The notes beneath the pieces are model-generated. The model saw nothing but the letters and a program-made list of their open reading frames with translations. It was not told the DNA's origin and did no database searches. Made by a program: the position numbers and the translations under genes. A DNA stretch of 64,000 nucleotides from Microbacterium sp. (GTDB lineage: Bacteria; Actinomycetota; Actinomycetes; Actinomycetales; Microbacteriaceae), in contig NZ_JBQCIP010000061.1 in NCBI RefSeq assembly GCF_051953575.1, positions 2,808 through 66,807 on the forward strand, in the 5' to 3' direction. This document shows positions 31,357-40,881 of the stretch, one piece after another (position 1 is the first letter of the stretch; each line of letters opens with the position of its first letter).

Positions 31357-32580
31357 TCATGCCCCGGCCCGCAGAAGCGAACGGAGCGTGACAGCGGGGT
31401 CGGCGAGGTCGGATGCCGCGACCGGGACCCGCTGGTCGATCAGGCGCCGCGCCGCGCGCACCGTCATGGGCTCATCGAGCGCCGCCGCCCCGACGAGCCT
31501 GCCGTCGTCGACGAGGAACACCGCGAGGCGCCCGCTCGAGGCGCGCAGCACCACCGTGCCCGGGCCGGTCATGCGCCCCACCGCCTCCAGATGGACGCCG
31601 TGCCGGTCCGACCAGAACCATGCGGCGCCGCGTTCGGGTACGGGTAGGCCCAGCATGGCGTACGCCGCGTGCTCGCCGCTCAGCTGTGCGGCTTCCCAGT
31701 GCTCCTCGCGGCGCGCGGCGCCACCGGCGACGGCGCGCAGCGCCACGTCGCCGGCGGCGAAGACGTTCGCCGCCGACGTCTGGTACTCCTCGTCGACGGC
31801 GATGCCGCCGCCGACCTCGAGGCCGGCTGCGCGGGCTAGGTCGTCGCGCGGCTCGATCCCGATGCCGACGACCACGACGTCGCCCTCGATGCGGCGCCCG
31901 TCCACCAGCACCACGGCAGCCCCGCCCTGCTCGCCCTCGATGCGCTCCACGAGTCCCTGGACGACGACGACGCCGCGCGGCTCGTGCATGGCGTGCAGGG
32001 CCGCGGCCATCGCCTCCCCCACCGCCGGGACGAGGGGCGTCTCCACCGGGTCGACGAGGGTGACCGCGCTGCCGCGGCCGCGCAGGCTCGAGGCGAGCTC
32101 CGCCCCGATGAGCCCGGCGCCCACCACGACGACGCGGGACTCCGGGCGCACGGCCTCGCGCAGCCGCTGCGCGTCGGCGAAGGTGCGCAGCACATGGACG
32201 GCGCTTGATTCGATGCCCGGGATGCGGGGCATCCGGGCGCGTCCGCCGGTGGCGAGCAGGATAGTGTCGGCGGCGAGCGTCTCCCCGCTGTCGAGGAGGA
32301 CGGAGCCGGCCTCCGCGTCGATGCCCACGGCGCGCCGGCCGAAGCGCGACGCGATGCCGAGCCGCTCGAGCGCCGCGTCGTCGGCGAGTGTGACCGTGTC
32401 GAGCCCGAAGTCCGGGTCGAACAGCTTCTTGCTCAGCGGCGGCCGGTCGTAGGCGCAGGGCTCCGGGTCGACGAGGGTCACACGCCCGGCGTGACCGAGC
32501 GTCCGCAGCGACCGGGCCGCGCTTAATCCGGCGACGCCGCCGCCGACGACGACGACCCGTCCGGCCTCGCGGGCGGTCAC
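31357..32580 (-). CDS. ferredoxin--NAD(+) reductase component (FAD pyridine nucleotide-disulfide oxidoreductase)
   Basis: ORF trimmed to GTG 32580 (GTGA overlap with the ferredoxin stop). FAD motif VVVVGGGVAGLSAA and NAD motif VVVVGAGLIGAELA. Confidence 0.88.
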   Translation of the reverse strand: MTAREAGRVVVVGGGVAGLSAARSLRTLGHAGRVTLVDPEPCAYDRPPLSKKLFDPDFGLDTVTLADDAALERLGIASRFGRRAVGIDAEAGSVLLDSGETLAADTILLATGGRARMPRIPGIESSAVHVLRTFADAQRLREAVRPESRVVVVGAGLIGAELASSLRGRGSAVTLVDPVETPLVPAVGEAMAAALHAMHEPRGVVVVQGLVERIEGEQGGAAVVLVDGRRIEGDVVVVGIGIEPRDDLARAAGLEVGGGIAVDEEYQTSAANVFAAGDVALRAVAGGAARREEHWEAAQLSGEHAAYAMLGLPVPERGAAWFWSDRHGVHLEAVGRMTGPGTVVLRASSGRLAVFLVDDGRLVGAAALDEPMTVRAARRLIDQRVPVAASDLADPAVTLRSLLRAGA

Positions 32581-32918
32581 GGCACCAGGCGATCGGGGTC
32601 GGGGACCACGCGGATCACGTCGCCGTCGATCACGACGCGGTGGCACGCCACGGGCACCGTGGCCGGCATCGACAGCACCGAGCCGTCGCGGACGCAGAAC
32701 TTGCCGGCGTGCAGCGGGCATTCCACGACGCCGTCCTCCAGCCATCCCTCCGACAGCGACGCCTTCTCGTGGCTGCAGGTGTCGTCGAGGGCGAAGTAGT
32801 CGCCGCCGTCGTTGAACAGCGCGATGTCGTCGACGGTGCCGGTGACGGACGCCGCGATCTTCACCGCCTCACCGTCGGGCACGTCGCCCAACTGGGCGAC
32901 CGCGATCCCCTCAGTCAT
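32577..32918 (-). CDS. Rieske-type [2Fe-2S] ferredoxin component
   Basis: 113 aa with CSHEKASL ... CPLHAGKF (CxH...CxxH). Confidence 0.9.
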   Translation of the reverse strand: MTEGIAVAQLGDVPDGEAVKIAASVTGTVDDIALFNDGGDYFALDDTCSHEKASLSEGWLEDGVVECPLHAGKFCVRDGSVLSMPATVPVACHRVVIDGDVIRVVPDPDRLVP

Positions 32919-34275
32919 CCGAGTCCTCCTCGTGCCAGGCGGGCGTGTTCATCAGCTCGGCCCACCTCTGGTAGAAGCGCCGTCCGGCGCTGTCGCTGTA
33001 CAGGGTGCTGGTCGACCCCGGGTGCACCCCGTCGTCGCGCTCGCTGCCCAGCCCCATCTGGTAGTTCAGCGGCACCGAGTTGGTGCGCCAGCCGTGCGAG
33101 ATCGCCTGGATCTCGCTCCAGTTCTCGCCGTCGTCCTGCTCGAAGATGCCCGAGGGGCCGAAGGTGCGCAGGTTGTAGAGCCGCTGCGCGGTGCGCACGT
33201 CGGGCGGCATCGACTTGTCGAGCACCGTCCACGCCCACACCTCCATCTCGTCGGGTCCCTTCGGGTGCCACACCCGGATGCTGCCGTTGACCGGCAGGTA
33301 CGAGAAGTTCGGGAACACCGTCGCGTGCCCCGTCGTCAGCGGGCCCTCCACCCGGGCGTCGCCCAGTCGCTCGCGGAGCGCGGCGTAGTCGTAGTACGCG
33401 TGCACCGGCTGCGCGTCGAACCGGCTCTTCGGATGCGTCGGGAAGCCGGTGCCGTTGCCGCGATCGTCGGAGTACTGACGGCCCGGCGTGGCCGCGATCT
33501 CCGGTTTGGGTCCGCGACCGGTCGGCGAGAGCACCATGAGCGCCGACGCGTGCGACATGTTGACGTGGTACCAGTCGGTGCCGAACTGCTCCGCGGCGAG
33601 CTTCCAGTTGCCCTTGAGGACCCACTTGGTGATGCCGCCGACGACGGTCGTGCCCTCCGAGTCCCGCCCGAGGAAGGCCTCCATGTACCACGCCATGTCG
33701 CCGAGCTGGTCGCGGAGGTCGGGGGCGTCGGGGTTCCACGTCGCGAAGACGAGCCCGAGGAAGGTGTCCAGGCGCGCGACCTCCACGAGCCCCCACGCCG
33801 AGCGGTCCCACTGATCCTCCGGGTAGCCGTCCTCGTTGGGGACGCTGACCAGACACCCCTGCAGGTCGTACGACCACCCGTGATAGGTGCACGTGAAGGC
33901 GCGCGCGTTCCCGTAGTCGGCGCGCAGCACGCGTGCGCCGCGGTGCCGGCACGAGTTCAGGAACGCACGGATGCCGCCCTCCTTGTCGCGCGTCACGATG
34001 ACGGGGTCCTCGCCCATGAACGTGGTGAAGAAGTCGCCCGCCTTCTGCAGCTGGTCGACGTGCCCCAGGAAGAGCCAGCTCGTGGCGAAGACGCGCGCCT
34101 GCTCCTGCTCGTAGAGGCGGCGGTCTGTGAACACCGCCCGGTCGACGATGCCATTGCGGGTGTCCACGAGCCCAGACACGTCGATGTCCGCCTGCCAGCC
34201 GGCGGGCCGGCGGATGTCGCCGGTCGAGGTCGGGCGAGAGCCCTCGTGCGTGCTCGGAAGCCGGGTGGCGGCCAT
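32911..34275 (-). CDS. aromatic ring-hydroxylating dioxygenase alpha (large, Rieske) subunit
   Basis: Rieske motif CRHRG...CTYHGW and a catalytic domain with DWYHVNMSHA. 454 aa. Confidence 0.92.
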   Translation of the reverse strand: MAATRLPSTHEGSRPTSTGDIRRPAGWQADIDVSGLVDTRNGIVDRAVFTDRRLYEQEQARVFATSWLFLGHVDQLQKAGDFFTTFMGEDPVIVTRDKEGGIRAFLNSCRHRGARVLRADYGNARAFTCTYHGWSYDLQGCLVSVPNEDGYPEDQWDRSAWGLVEVARLDTFLGLVFATWNPDAPDLRDQLGDMAWYMEAFLGRDSEGTTVVGGITKWVLKGNWKLAAEQFGTDWYHVNMSHASALMVLSPTGRGPKPEIAATPGRQYSDDRGNGTGFPTHPKSRFDAQPVHAYYDYAALRERLGDARVEGPLTTGHATVFPNFSYLPVNGSIRVWHPKGPDEMEVWAWTVLDKSMPPDVRTAQRLYNLRTFGPSGIFEQDDGENWSEIQAISHGWRTNSVPLNYQMGLGSERDDGVHPGSTSTLYSDSAGRRFYQRWAELMNTPAWHEEDSDD

Positions 34276-34285
34276 GTCGTCCTCC

Positions 34286-35095
34286 TCAGTCTCGCGCGGC
34301 GGTGAATCGCACGGGCGCCAGTCCCGGCGCGGCGGTCTGCCACTCGCTGTCCGCGGTCAGCGGCACCGCCGCGCACACCGCTCCCGCCAGCACCCGGTCG
34401 CCCGCCCGGAAGCGCTCGCCGAACGCGCCGATCGCGGTGGCGAGCCAGTGCAGCGACACCAGCGGATCGCCGAGCACGGCCGAGCCCGCTCCGGTGGCGG
34501 CGACGGCGCCGTCCTGCCGCAGCGTGATCTCGCGCCCGGGCAAGGCCGTCAGCATCCCTTCGTCCGCCGGTGCGAACTCACCCCACACGACGCGCGCGCT
34601 CGAGGCGTTGTCGGCCACGGTGTCGACGAGTGCGATCTTCCAGTCCGCGATGCGCGAGTCGATGATCTCGAGCGCCACGGCCACGCCGTCGATCGCGGCG
34701 CGCAGCTGCGCGAGATCGGGTGCGGGCGGCAGGTCCGCGCCGATGCGGAACGCGAACTCCGGCTCGATCCGCGGGGCGATCAGCGTACGCGGATCGAACG
34801 TCCCGCCGTTCGCGATCTGCATCCGGTCAGTCAGCACGCCGAAGTCGGGCTGATCCACCCCGAGCTGCTGCTGCATCGCGCGCGAGGTCAGCCCGACCTT
34901 GTGGCCGACCTGCCGTTCCCCGGCCGCGAGCCTCAGCTCGACGTTGTGCCGCTGGATGCGATAGGCCGACTCGATCGTCAGACCCGGGCTCGTGAGCGAC
35001 AGCGGGGGGATGGGTCGCCGGTCCTCCTCGGCACGATGCAGCGCCTCGGCGAGGGCGTGCACGTCGTCGTGCGGTGCAGGCATGTCAGTGTTCAC
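34286..35095 (-). CDS. 2-keto-4-pentenoate (2-oxopent-4-enoate) hydratase (MhpD/BphH-type)
   Basis: 269 aa, FAA-hydrolase-fold hydratase with GHKVGLTSRAMQ and EPEFAF motifs. First gene of the operon. Confidence 0.88.
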   Translation of the reverse strand: MNTDMPAPHDDVHALAEALHRAEEDRRPIPPLSLTSPGLTIESAYRIQRHNVELRLAAGERQVGHKVGLTSRAMQQQLGVDQPDFGVLTDRMQIANGGTFDPRTLIAPRIEPEFAFRIGADLPPAPDLAQLRAAIDGVAVALEIIDSRIADWKIALVDTVADNASSARVVWGEFAPADEGMLTALPGREITLRQDGAVAATGAGSAVLGDPLVSLHWLATAIGAFGERFRAGDRVLAGAVCAAVPLTADSEWQTAAPGLAPVRFTAARD

Positions 35096-35195
35096 CGGTC
35101 CATCGTCGGCGAGCAGGCGAGGCGGAGCGACCTGGTGTGCCGCGGACTGGAACGGCCGTCGGCACGCCTGCGGGCGGTGGCGTCATGATCGGCTC

Positions 35196-36167
35196 ATGCG
35201 CGCAGCGGTGGCTCTGTCCCAGCATCCCGACTCCCCCCTCGACGGGCTCCGGCTCATGCAGTGGCCGACGCCCGAGCCGCCGACCGGATGGACGCGGGTG
35301 CGCGTGGCGGCGGCGGCGCTCAATCCGCACGACACCTGGACGCTGCGAGGCGTCGGGCATCCGGCCGACCGCATCCCGATCGTGCTCGGCTGCGACGCCG
35401 CCGGCGTGACCGACGACGGCCGCGACGTGGTCATCCACCCCGTCATGGGCGATGCGGCACGCGGCCGCGGCGACCAGACGCTCGACCCCGGGCGCGCGCT
35501 GCTGTCGGAGACCATCGACGGTGCCCTCGCCGAATACATCGTCGTGCCCGACGCGATGGTCGTCCCCAAGCCCGAGGGCCTCACCTTCTCGGAGGCGGCC
35601 TGTCTCGGCGTCGCGTGGGGCACCGCGTACCGGATGCTGTTCACCCGCGCGCACGTGCAGCCGGGCGACGTCGTGCTCGTGCAGGGCGGGAGCGGCGGTG
35701 TGGCCAGCGCCGCGATCGCCCTCGCCGCGGCGGCCGGCGCCCGCGTGTTCGCCACCGCCCGCACCGAGGCCAAGCGGCGCTTCGCGCGGGAGTGCGGCGC
35801 GCACGAGGTGTTCGAGCCGGGTGCGCGCCTGCCCGAACGGGCCGACGTGGTCGTCGAGACCGTCGGCGAGGCGACCTGGGCGCACTCGCTGCGCTCGGCG
35901 CGACCCGGCGGCACGATCGTGGTCGCCGGCGCCACCAGCGGCGGCATGCCCCCGGCCGAGCTGCACCGCGTGTTCTACCAGCAGCTGAGCATCGTCGGAT
36001 CGACGGGGTGCACGCGCGTGGAATTCGGGGCGCTGCTGCGGATGCTGGCGGTCACGGGCGTCCGTCCGCGCCACGAGGAGATCTCCTTCGAGGCGGTGCC
36101 CGAGGGCTTCCGGCGGCTCCTCGCCGGCGACGTGCTGGGCAAGCTCGTGGCGCGGTTCGACATCTGA
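35196..36167 (+). CDS. zinc-type MDR family oxidoreductase (quinone oxidoreductase-like)
   Basis: ORF 34992..36167 trimmed to MRAAVALSQHPDSPLDGLRLMQWPTPEP.... Contains VLVQGGSGGVASAAI. Divergent from the hydratase gene. Confidence 0.8.
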   Translation: MRAAVALSQHPDSPLDGLRLMQWPTPEPPTGWTRVRVAAAALNPHDTWTLRGVGHPADRIPIVLGCDAAGVTDDGRDVVIHPVMGDAARGRGDQTLDPGRALLSETIDGALAEYIVVPDAMVVPKPEGLTFSEAACLGVAWGTAYRMLFTRAHVQPGDVVLVQGGSGGVASAAIALAAAAGARVFATARTEAKRRFARECGAHEVFEPGARLPERADVVVETVGEATWAHSLRSARPGGTIVVAGATSGGMPPAELHRVFYQQLSIVGSTGCTRVEFGALLRMLAVTGVRPRHEEISFEAVPEGFRRLLAGDVLGKLVARFDI

Positions 36168-36177
36168 GCCGAGCCGT

Positions 36178-36289
36178 TCAGAAGGTGTTGCCGCGTCCGT
36201 CCATCGACAGCTGCGGGATCGTCGTGCACACGAAGAGCGTCGCCTGCGGTGTGATCGCCTCGAACAGATGCGGCGCATCGGCCGGGAAA
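36178..36289 (-). pseudogene. 3'-terminal remnant (about 37 codons) of an XRE-cupin regulator gene, paralogous to 50056..50631
   Basis: 8 mismatches in about 111 nt against 50056-50167, counted by eye. No upstream part of the gene is present. Confidence 0.8.
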
Positions 36290-36597
36290 CGGTCTTGCCG
36301 AACGAGTTCGCGACCATCGCCAGGTCGTGCACCTGGGGCGTCACCGACATCCACGAGGCCAGCACCGTCGTGTCATCCCGGTGCAGCGCGTACTCCCGGC
36401 GACGGAACCCGAGGTTCTCACGCACCCAGCCCTCGGCCTGGTTGATCGTCTCCCTCGAGGTCTGCACGTTGAAGTGGTCGATCCGTCGCACACCGAGACC
36501 CCGGCGACGAGAGCTGTTGCTCGGCAGCTTCGAGGAGATCTCCTCCGGCGCCCCGGGCTTGTCGATGTCGTAGTAGAGCTCGAACGGATGCACGCTC
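36290..36597 (-). pseudogene. internal fragment (about 100 codons) of an extradiol dioxygenase gene, paralogous to 50702..51697
   Basis: About 10 mismatches in about 305 nt against 51028-51336, counted by eye. It encodes HPFELYYDIDKPGAPEE...LAMVANSFGKT only, with both ends missing. Confidence 0.85.
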
Positions 36598-36636
36598 CCT
36601 GGCCCTTCGGACGCCAGGCGCCGCTTTTACCGCTGC

Positions 36637-36975
36637 ATGCCTGTGCCAGGCCACCCCGAACGCGGCGGTCTGTCGGTCAGCGCTTCTGGCCTGGAGGCTG
36701 TTGTCAGGGAAGCGGTGATCGCCCGTCTTGCCGTCACCACGCTCCCGGCCGACACTCCAGAGACAGGCGGTGCGGTCGCGGAGGCAATGGGACGGATCAT
36801 GGCCGCGCGCGAGCGGATGGAGGATCTCGCCCGAGACTACGGAGCAGGAATGCTCACTCGCGGCGAGTATCACGCGGGGCGTGTCGCCGCGCAGAGCGCC
36901 GTACACGACGTCCAGGCGTCGGGATGCACGCCCGGACGGACGCGCGTCGTGTCGGCGAGCACCCATCGCATGTGA
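36637..36975 (+). pseudogene. possible fragment of a large serine recombinase (C-terminal coiled-coil region)
   Basis: SVSASGLEAVVREAVIARL ... ARERMEDLARDYGAGMLTRGEYHAGRVAAQ resembles the post-zinc-ribbon coiled coil of phage-type serine recombinases. No catalytic domain is present. Weak call. Confidence 0.3.
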
Positions 36976-37208
36976 GCGCGGAGGAAGGACTCGTCGAAGT
37001 ACAGCGTCCAGAGCCGCACAGTCGGTGCCGGGCGTACTGAGCACCACATGCCGGCCCCGAGGGTCATCGCGGAGCCCGGCGTCAGCTCGTGGATGCCGGT
37101 GGCGGTATCGACCTGCGCGGCACCCTCGAGGACGTGGACGATCTTAGCGTGCCCGAACACGGCGCGGTGGATGCGCTCACCGGAGGGTCGCGAAGTGACT
37201 CGCCGCAT
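36960..37208 (-). pseudogene. possible N-terminal (cupin/AraC_binding) fragment of an AraC-family regulator, lacking the HTH domain
   Basis: ERIHRAVFGHAKIVHVLEGAAQVDTATGIHELTPGSAMTLGAGMWCSVRP...LWTLYFDESFLRAHMRWVL. The reading frame then degenerates and no AraC HTH follows. Confidence 0.3.
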
Positions 37209-38054
37209 CCGCGACGCGGTTGTTGTACTCGACGGAGGGGTTGTAGGCACCGATCGCGGCGATCCAGTTCGCCGAGACGGTCAGGTCGCCGCCGACGTCA
37301 CACAGGTGGATCGCGGCAGCCAGGGCCGCGTCGTCGATCTGATTGATGTCGGTCTTGCCGTCCCGGTTTCCGTCCTGGCCGACCGCTTCCCACGTGGAAG
37401 GGATGAACTGCATGGGGCCGACTGCGCGGTCCCAGACGGCGTCACCGTCGATACGCCCCTGGTCGGTGTCGGGAACGGGGTTCGTCCCGTTCCCATCCAG
37501 CGGGATGCCGATGATCGCCGGAGCAACGGTGCCGTCGGGGCGGAGGGTCGCACCGGTCATGCTGCCATGCTCGGACTCGACGAAGCCGATCGCGGCGAGG
37601 GTGTTCCAGCCGATGCCGCAACCGGGGTGCGTCTCGTTGGCGGCGAGGGCGGCACCGGCGTAGGCGGCCAGCGCCCGCTCGGGGATGTTCCCGGCCTTCG
37701 CGATCCGCGTGACCCAGGCGGGGTGGGCGCGTTCGGCCACGGGCCGATCAGCGGCCGCGAGGGTGCCGAGGGTGGCCTGGGCGGGGGTGGGCTGCACGCG
37801 GATCGGGGTCCGGCTCGGCGTCGGGGTCGGGGTGGACGTCGCCGCCGTCGTGGTCGCGTCGGCGGGCGGCGGGGTGAGCGCCGCCGCCGCGAGCGCGCCG
37901 ACACCGAGCACCGCTAGGACGATCGTCGCGGCCGGCAGGGCCCACCGCCGCCACGCGGACGGCCGCGCTGACTCGACCGGGCTGTCGGTGACGGGAGTCT
38001 CGATTATCGCGTCGAAGGAGTCGCGTCGGCGGGATGCGGGGGTCGGGTCGGTCA
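37177..38054 (-). CDS. membrane-anchored lytic transglycosylase (SLT_2/MltB-like)
   Basis: ORF trimmed to MTDPTPASRR.... One TM helix, a T/P-rich linker, and GWNTLAAIGFVESEHGS and GPMQFIPSTWE motifs. Confidence 0.85.
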
Positions 38055-39002
38055 TCAGAGGGCTCCGGTGTTCACAGGTTCGAGGTCGGGCTCGGGTTCG
38101 GGCTCGGGCTCGGCGGCAGGAGGGGCCGCCTCGACGGCGCGGTCGCGGGTGCGCCGCCGCCAGGTCTTCGCGATGAGGCCCTGCCGGGGGGCGAAGAACC
38201 AGGCGAGCAGGAACGCAGCGGTCAGGACGAGGACGATCGTGCCGCCGGTCGGGAAGTCCCACGACCAGGAGATGTAGAGGCCGACGAGGGCCGAGACGCC
38301 GCCGATGATCGGGGCGAGCAGCATCATGATCCCGAGCCGGTCGGTCAGCAGCCGGGCGGTCGCCGCCGGCGTGATGAGCAGCGCGAGCACGAGGATGTTG
38401 CCGATGGTCTGCACGCTGATGACGACGGCGAGGGTGACCAGGACGTAGAGCACGAGGTCGAGCCAGAACACCTTCACGCCCATCGCGCGCGCGGACTCCC
38501 GGTCGAGAGAGATGGTGACGAACTCCTTGTGCAGGGCGAAGATCACCGCGAGTACGAGCACCCCGGTCCCACCGACGACGTAGAGATCGGAGTCGGGGAT
38601 GCCTGTGATCGAGCCGAACAGGAATTGCTGCAAGGAGCCGGCGTAGCCGGGGGCTTGGGAGATGACGACGATGCCGAGGGCGAACGCGGCGACGAAAAAG
38701 ACCCCGATGATGGAGTCCTCCTTCAGCCTGCGGTTCTGCGAGAACACCGCGACGAGAACGGCGGTGAGGATGCCGGCGATGGTGCCGCCGATCACGAGGT
38801 TGCCGCCGACGACGAACGCGACCGCCAGACCGGGGAAGACGGCGTGGGCGACGGCATCGCCGATGAAGGCCATGCCGCGCAGCACGACGAAGGTGCCGAC
38901 GACGCCGCAGACGAGGGAGGACATGACCGCGACGGCGAGCGCCTTCGGGAGGAACGCGAGGTCGGGGTTGAGCAGGTCGGTGAGGAAGTCGATCGGGTTC
39001 AT
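38055..39002 (-). CDS. metal (cluster-9, ZnuB/MntC/TroD-type) ABC transporter permease, anchored-repeat type
   Basis: 315 aa with 8-9 TM helices and ABC-3 family features. 4-nt overlap with the ATPase gene. The C-terminal tail is acidic and Pro-rich (EPEPEPEPDLEP). Confidence 0.9.
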   Translation of the reverse strand: MNPIDFLTDLLNPDLAFLPKALAVAVMSSLVCGVVGTFVVLRGMAFIGDAVAHAVFPGLAVAFVVGGNLVIGGTIAGILTAVLVAVFSQNRRLKEDSIIGVFFVAAFALGIVVISQAPGYAGSLQQFLFGSITGIPDSDLYVVGGTGVLVLAVIFALHKEFVTISLDRESARAMGVKVFWLDLVLYVLVTLAVVISVQTIGNILVLALLITPAATARLLTDRLGIMMLLAPIIGGVSALVGLYISWSWDFPTGGTIVLVLTAAFLLAWFFAPRQGLIAKTWRRRTRDRAVEAAPPAAEPEPEPEPDLEPVNTGAL

Positions 39003-39772
39003 GCAGTCACGCGCCGTTCAGGAGATGTGGCAGCCAGGATGCGCAGCAGGGCGGAGTCGGCGCCGACGCCGAACGTGGTCATCCACAAGGCGGGGTCGGC
39101 GGCGAGCTGGGCGGGTGTGCCCGTGGCGATGATCGTGCGGTTCAGCAGCGCGATCCGGTCGCAGCCGTCCAGCGCCGACAGCAGGTCGTGGGTCGTCATC
39201 AGCACGGCGCGGCCCTCGCGGGCGAGGTCGGCGAACAGCACGGACAGTAGCTCCTGGGTGGGCATGTCCAGGCCGGTGAACGGCTCATCGAGTAGCAGCA
39301 CCGCGGGCTGCGCGGCGAGCGCGCGGGCGACGAGCACCCGCTGGCGCTGACCTCCGGAGAGCTGCCCCACGGGGCGATCCGCGAGGTCCGTCATGCGCAC
39401 CCGCTCCAGCGCATCCGCGACGGCCTCCCATTGAGCGACGCCAGGCCGGCGGAACATCCCGAGCCGCCCAGTCAGGCCGGTCATGACGACGTTCGCGACC
39501 GAGATTGGGAACTCCCAGGCGAACTCGTGCCGCTGCGGGACGTACCCGATCGGGGTGCGGCCGGGCTTGGAGACGCGGCCCTCGACCAGCACGCGGCCGG
39601 TACTCGGGGCGAGCACTCCGAGGACGGTGCGCAGCAGGGTCGTCTTCCCGGCTCCGTTCGGGCCGATCAGTCCGACGAGCTCGCCGCGGTCGACGGCCAT
39701 GTCCGTGCCGGTGAGGACGAGCCGGCCGCCGAGCTCGACGGACACGTTCTCGATCACGAGCGCCGCGGTCAT
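38999..39772 (-). CDS. metal ABC transporter ATP-binding protein (ZnuC/MntB-type), anchored-repeat type
   Basis: Walker A GPNGAGKTT, signature LSGGQRQRV, Walker B LLLDEP. Confidence 0.92.
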   Translation of the reverse strand: MTAALVIENVSVELGGRLVLTGTDMAVDRGELVGLIGPNGAGKTTLLRTVLGVLAPSTGRVLVEGRVSKPGRTPIGYVPQRHEFAWEFPISVANVVMTGLTGRLGMFRRPGVAQWEAVADALERVRMTDLADRPVGQLSGGQRQRVLVARALAAQPAVLLLDEPFTGLDMPTQELLSVLFADLAREGRAVLMTTHDLLSALDGCDRIALLNRTIIATGTPAQLAADPALWMTTFGVGADSALLRILAATSPERRVTA

Positions 39773-40815
39773 CGCGCGTCCTCGGATACCCGATCGAGGA
39801 CGAGGTCGCTGTCCTGGGTGCGGGCGGCGAGCGCGCGCCGCTTAGCGCGGTTGCCGCGCACGATCACGACGACCACGCCGGCGACCAGGGCGACCGCGAC
39901 CAGGGCGATCGCGCCGATCAGGATGGGCACGAGCGGGTCGCCGGCCGGCTCCGGGGCGGCGGTCGCCGGCTCGTCCAGCGTCACGTCCTCCGCATCCGCG
40001 CCCTCGCCGGGGGCCGGGGCGGCAGCGCCGTCCCAGCTCGCGGCGAGCGCGTCGGCCGGGGCGGTCGCGGTGCCGACGGCGAACCGGATGACTTGCGTGT
40101 CGGAGACGGTCGAGCCGTCCACGAGGTGAGCGGTCGCCTCGAGCTGAAGCAGGTAGATGCCAGGCTCGGTGAACACCCAGTTCGCGTGCGTGTGCGTGTT
40201 CACGTCGACCCATATCGGCTGCGCGTCGGGCAGGCGGGAGTCCCACAGCAGTTGCGGCTCCCCGAACGACCCCGACTGGAGGTAGGTCGTCACGACCCCC
40301 GGCCCCTGCGCGCCGGTGAGCGACAGGGTGACACCGCGGTCGATCGTCTGCATCACCTCCGGGTCTTGCGTGTTCCAGCCCAGCCACACGACCTCGGGGT
40401 TCTGCGTCTGCGGCACGACCCACACCGGCTCGCCGGGGTCCGCGCCGACGAAGGCGTAGGCCGGATCATCCGGGACGGACAGCTGCGCCTGGTCGAGGAC
40501 GTGGAAGACGGTCTCGTCGGGGTAGCGCCACACGCTCGCCGCGTTCGCGTCGGCCTTGGCGACGTCATCGTGGATGAGGAACGTCCACTCGCCGTCGACG
40601 AACTTCGGCCCCATGTCGACGTGCCCGGCATCCAACGTCCGCTCGCCGTGGACGACCGCGAGGTTCGCGTCGAGGGTCTGATCGAGGTTCGGGTCGTCGT
40701 CACCGTCCTCGGCGAACGCGGCGGTCGGCGCGGCCAGCAACATGAGGGCGAGGGCGGCGATCCCGGCGCGCATGGCGCCGGCGGCTCGCCTGCGGGGTCG
40801 GGTGAGGGTCGTCAT
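39769..40815 (-). CDS. ABC-transporter-associated surface repeat protein (one full module, C-terminal TM anchor)
   Basis: Signal peptide, then AGHVDMGPKF...VPQTQNPEVVWLGWNT...THTHANWVFTEPGIYLLQLEA...IRFAVG, then a TM helix LVPILIGAIALVAVALVAGVVVVIV and a basic tail. Expected TIGR03769/TIGR03773-type family. Confidence 0.85.
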   Translation of the reverse strand: MTTLTRPRRRAAGAMRAGIAALALMLLAAPTAAFAEDGDDDPNLDQTLDANLAVVHGERTLDAGHVDMGPKFVDGEWTFLIHDDVAKADANAASVWRYPDETVFHVLDQAQLSVPDDPAYAFVGADPGEPVWVVPQTQNPEVVWLGWNTQDPEVMQTIDRGVTLSLTGAQGPGVVTTYLQSGSFGEPQLLWDSRLPDAQPIWVDVNTHTHANWVFTEPGIYLLQLEATAHLVDGSTVSDTQVIRFAVGTATAPADALAASWDGAAAPAPGEGADAEDVTLDEPATAAPEPAGDPLVPILIGAIALVAVALVAGVVVVIVRGNRAKRRALAARTQDSDLVLDRVSEDAR

Positions 40816-40881
40816 CGGGGACTGCTTTCTCTCTCATCGGTTCGGTCATGGGGTCGCCCTGCCGGGCGAGCTGGAGTGCGC

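Noticed and set aside
36268-36573. Near-identical 101/102-aa plus-strand ORFs at 36268..36573 and 51003..51311, which could look like a duplicated small gene.
   Set aside because: Both are antisense shadows of the duplicated extradiol dioxygenase segment. The sense (minus) frame carries the VOC-family sequence.
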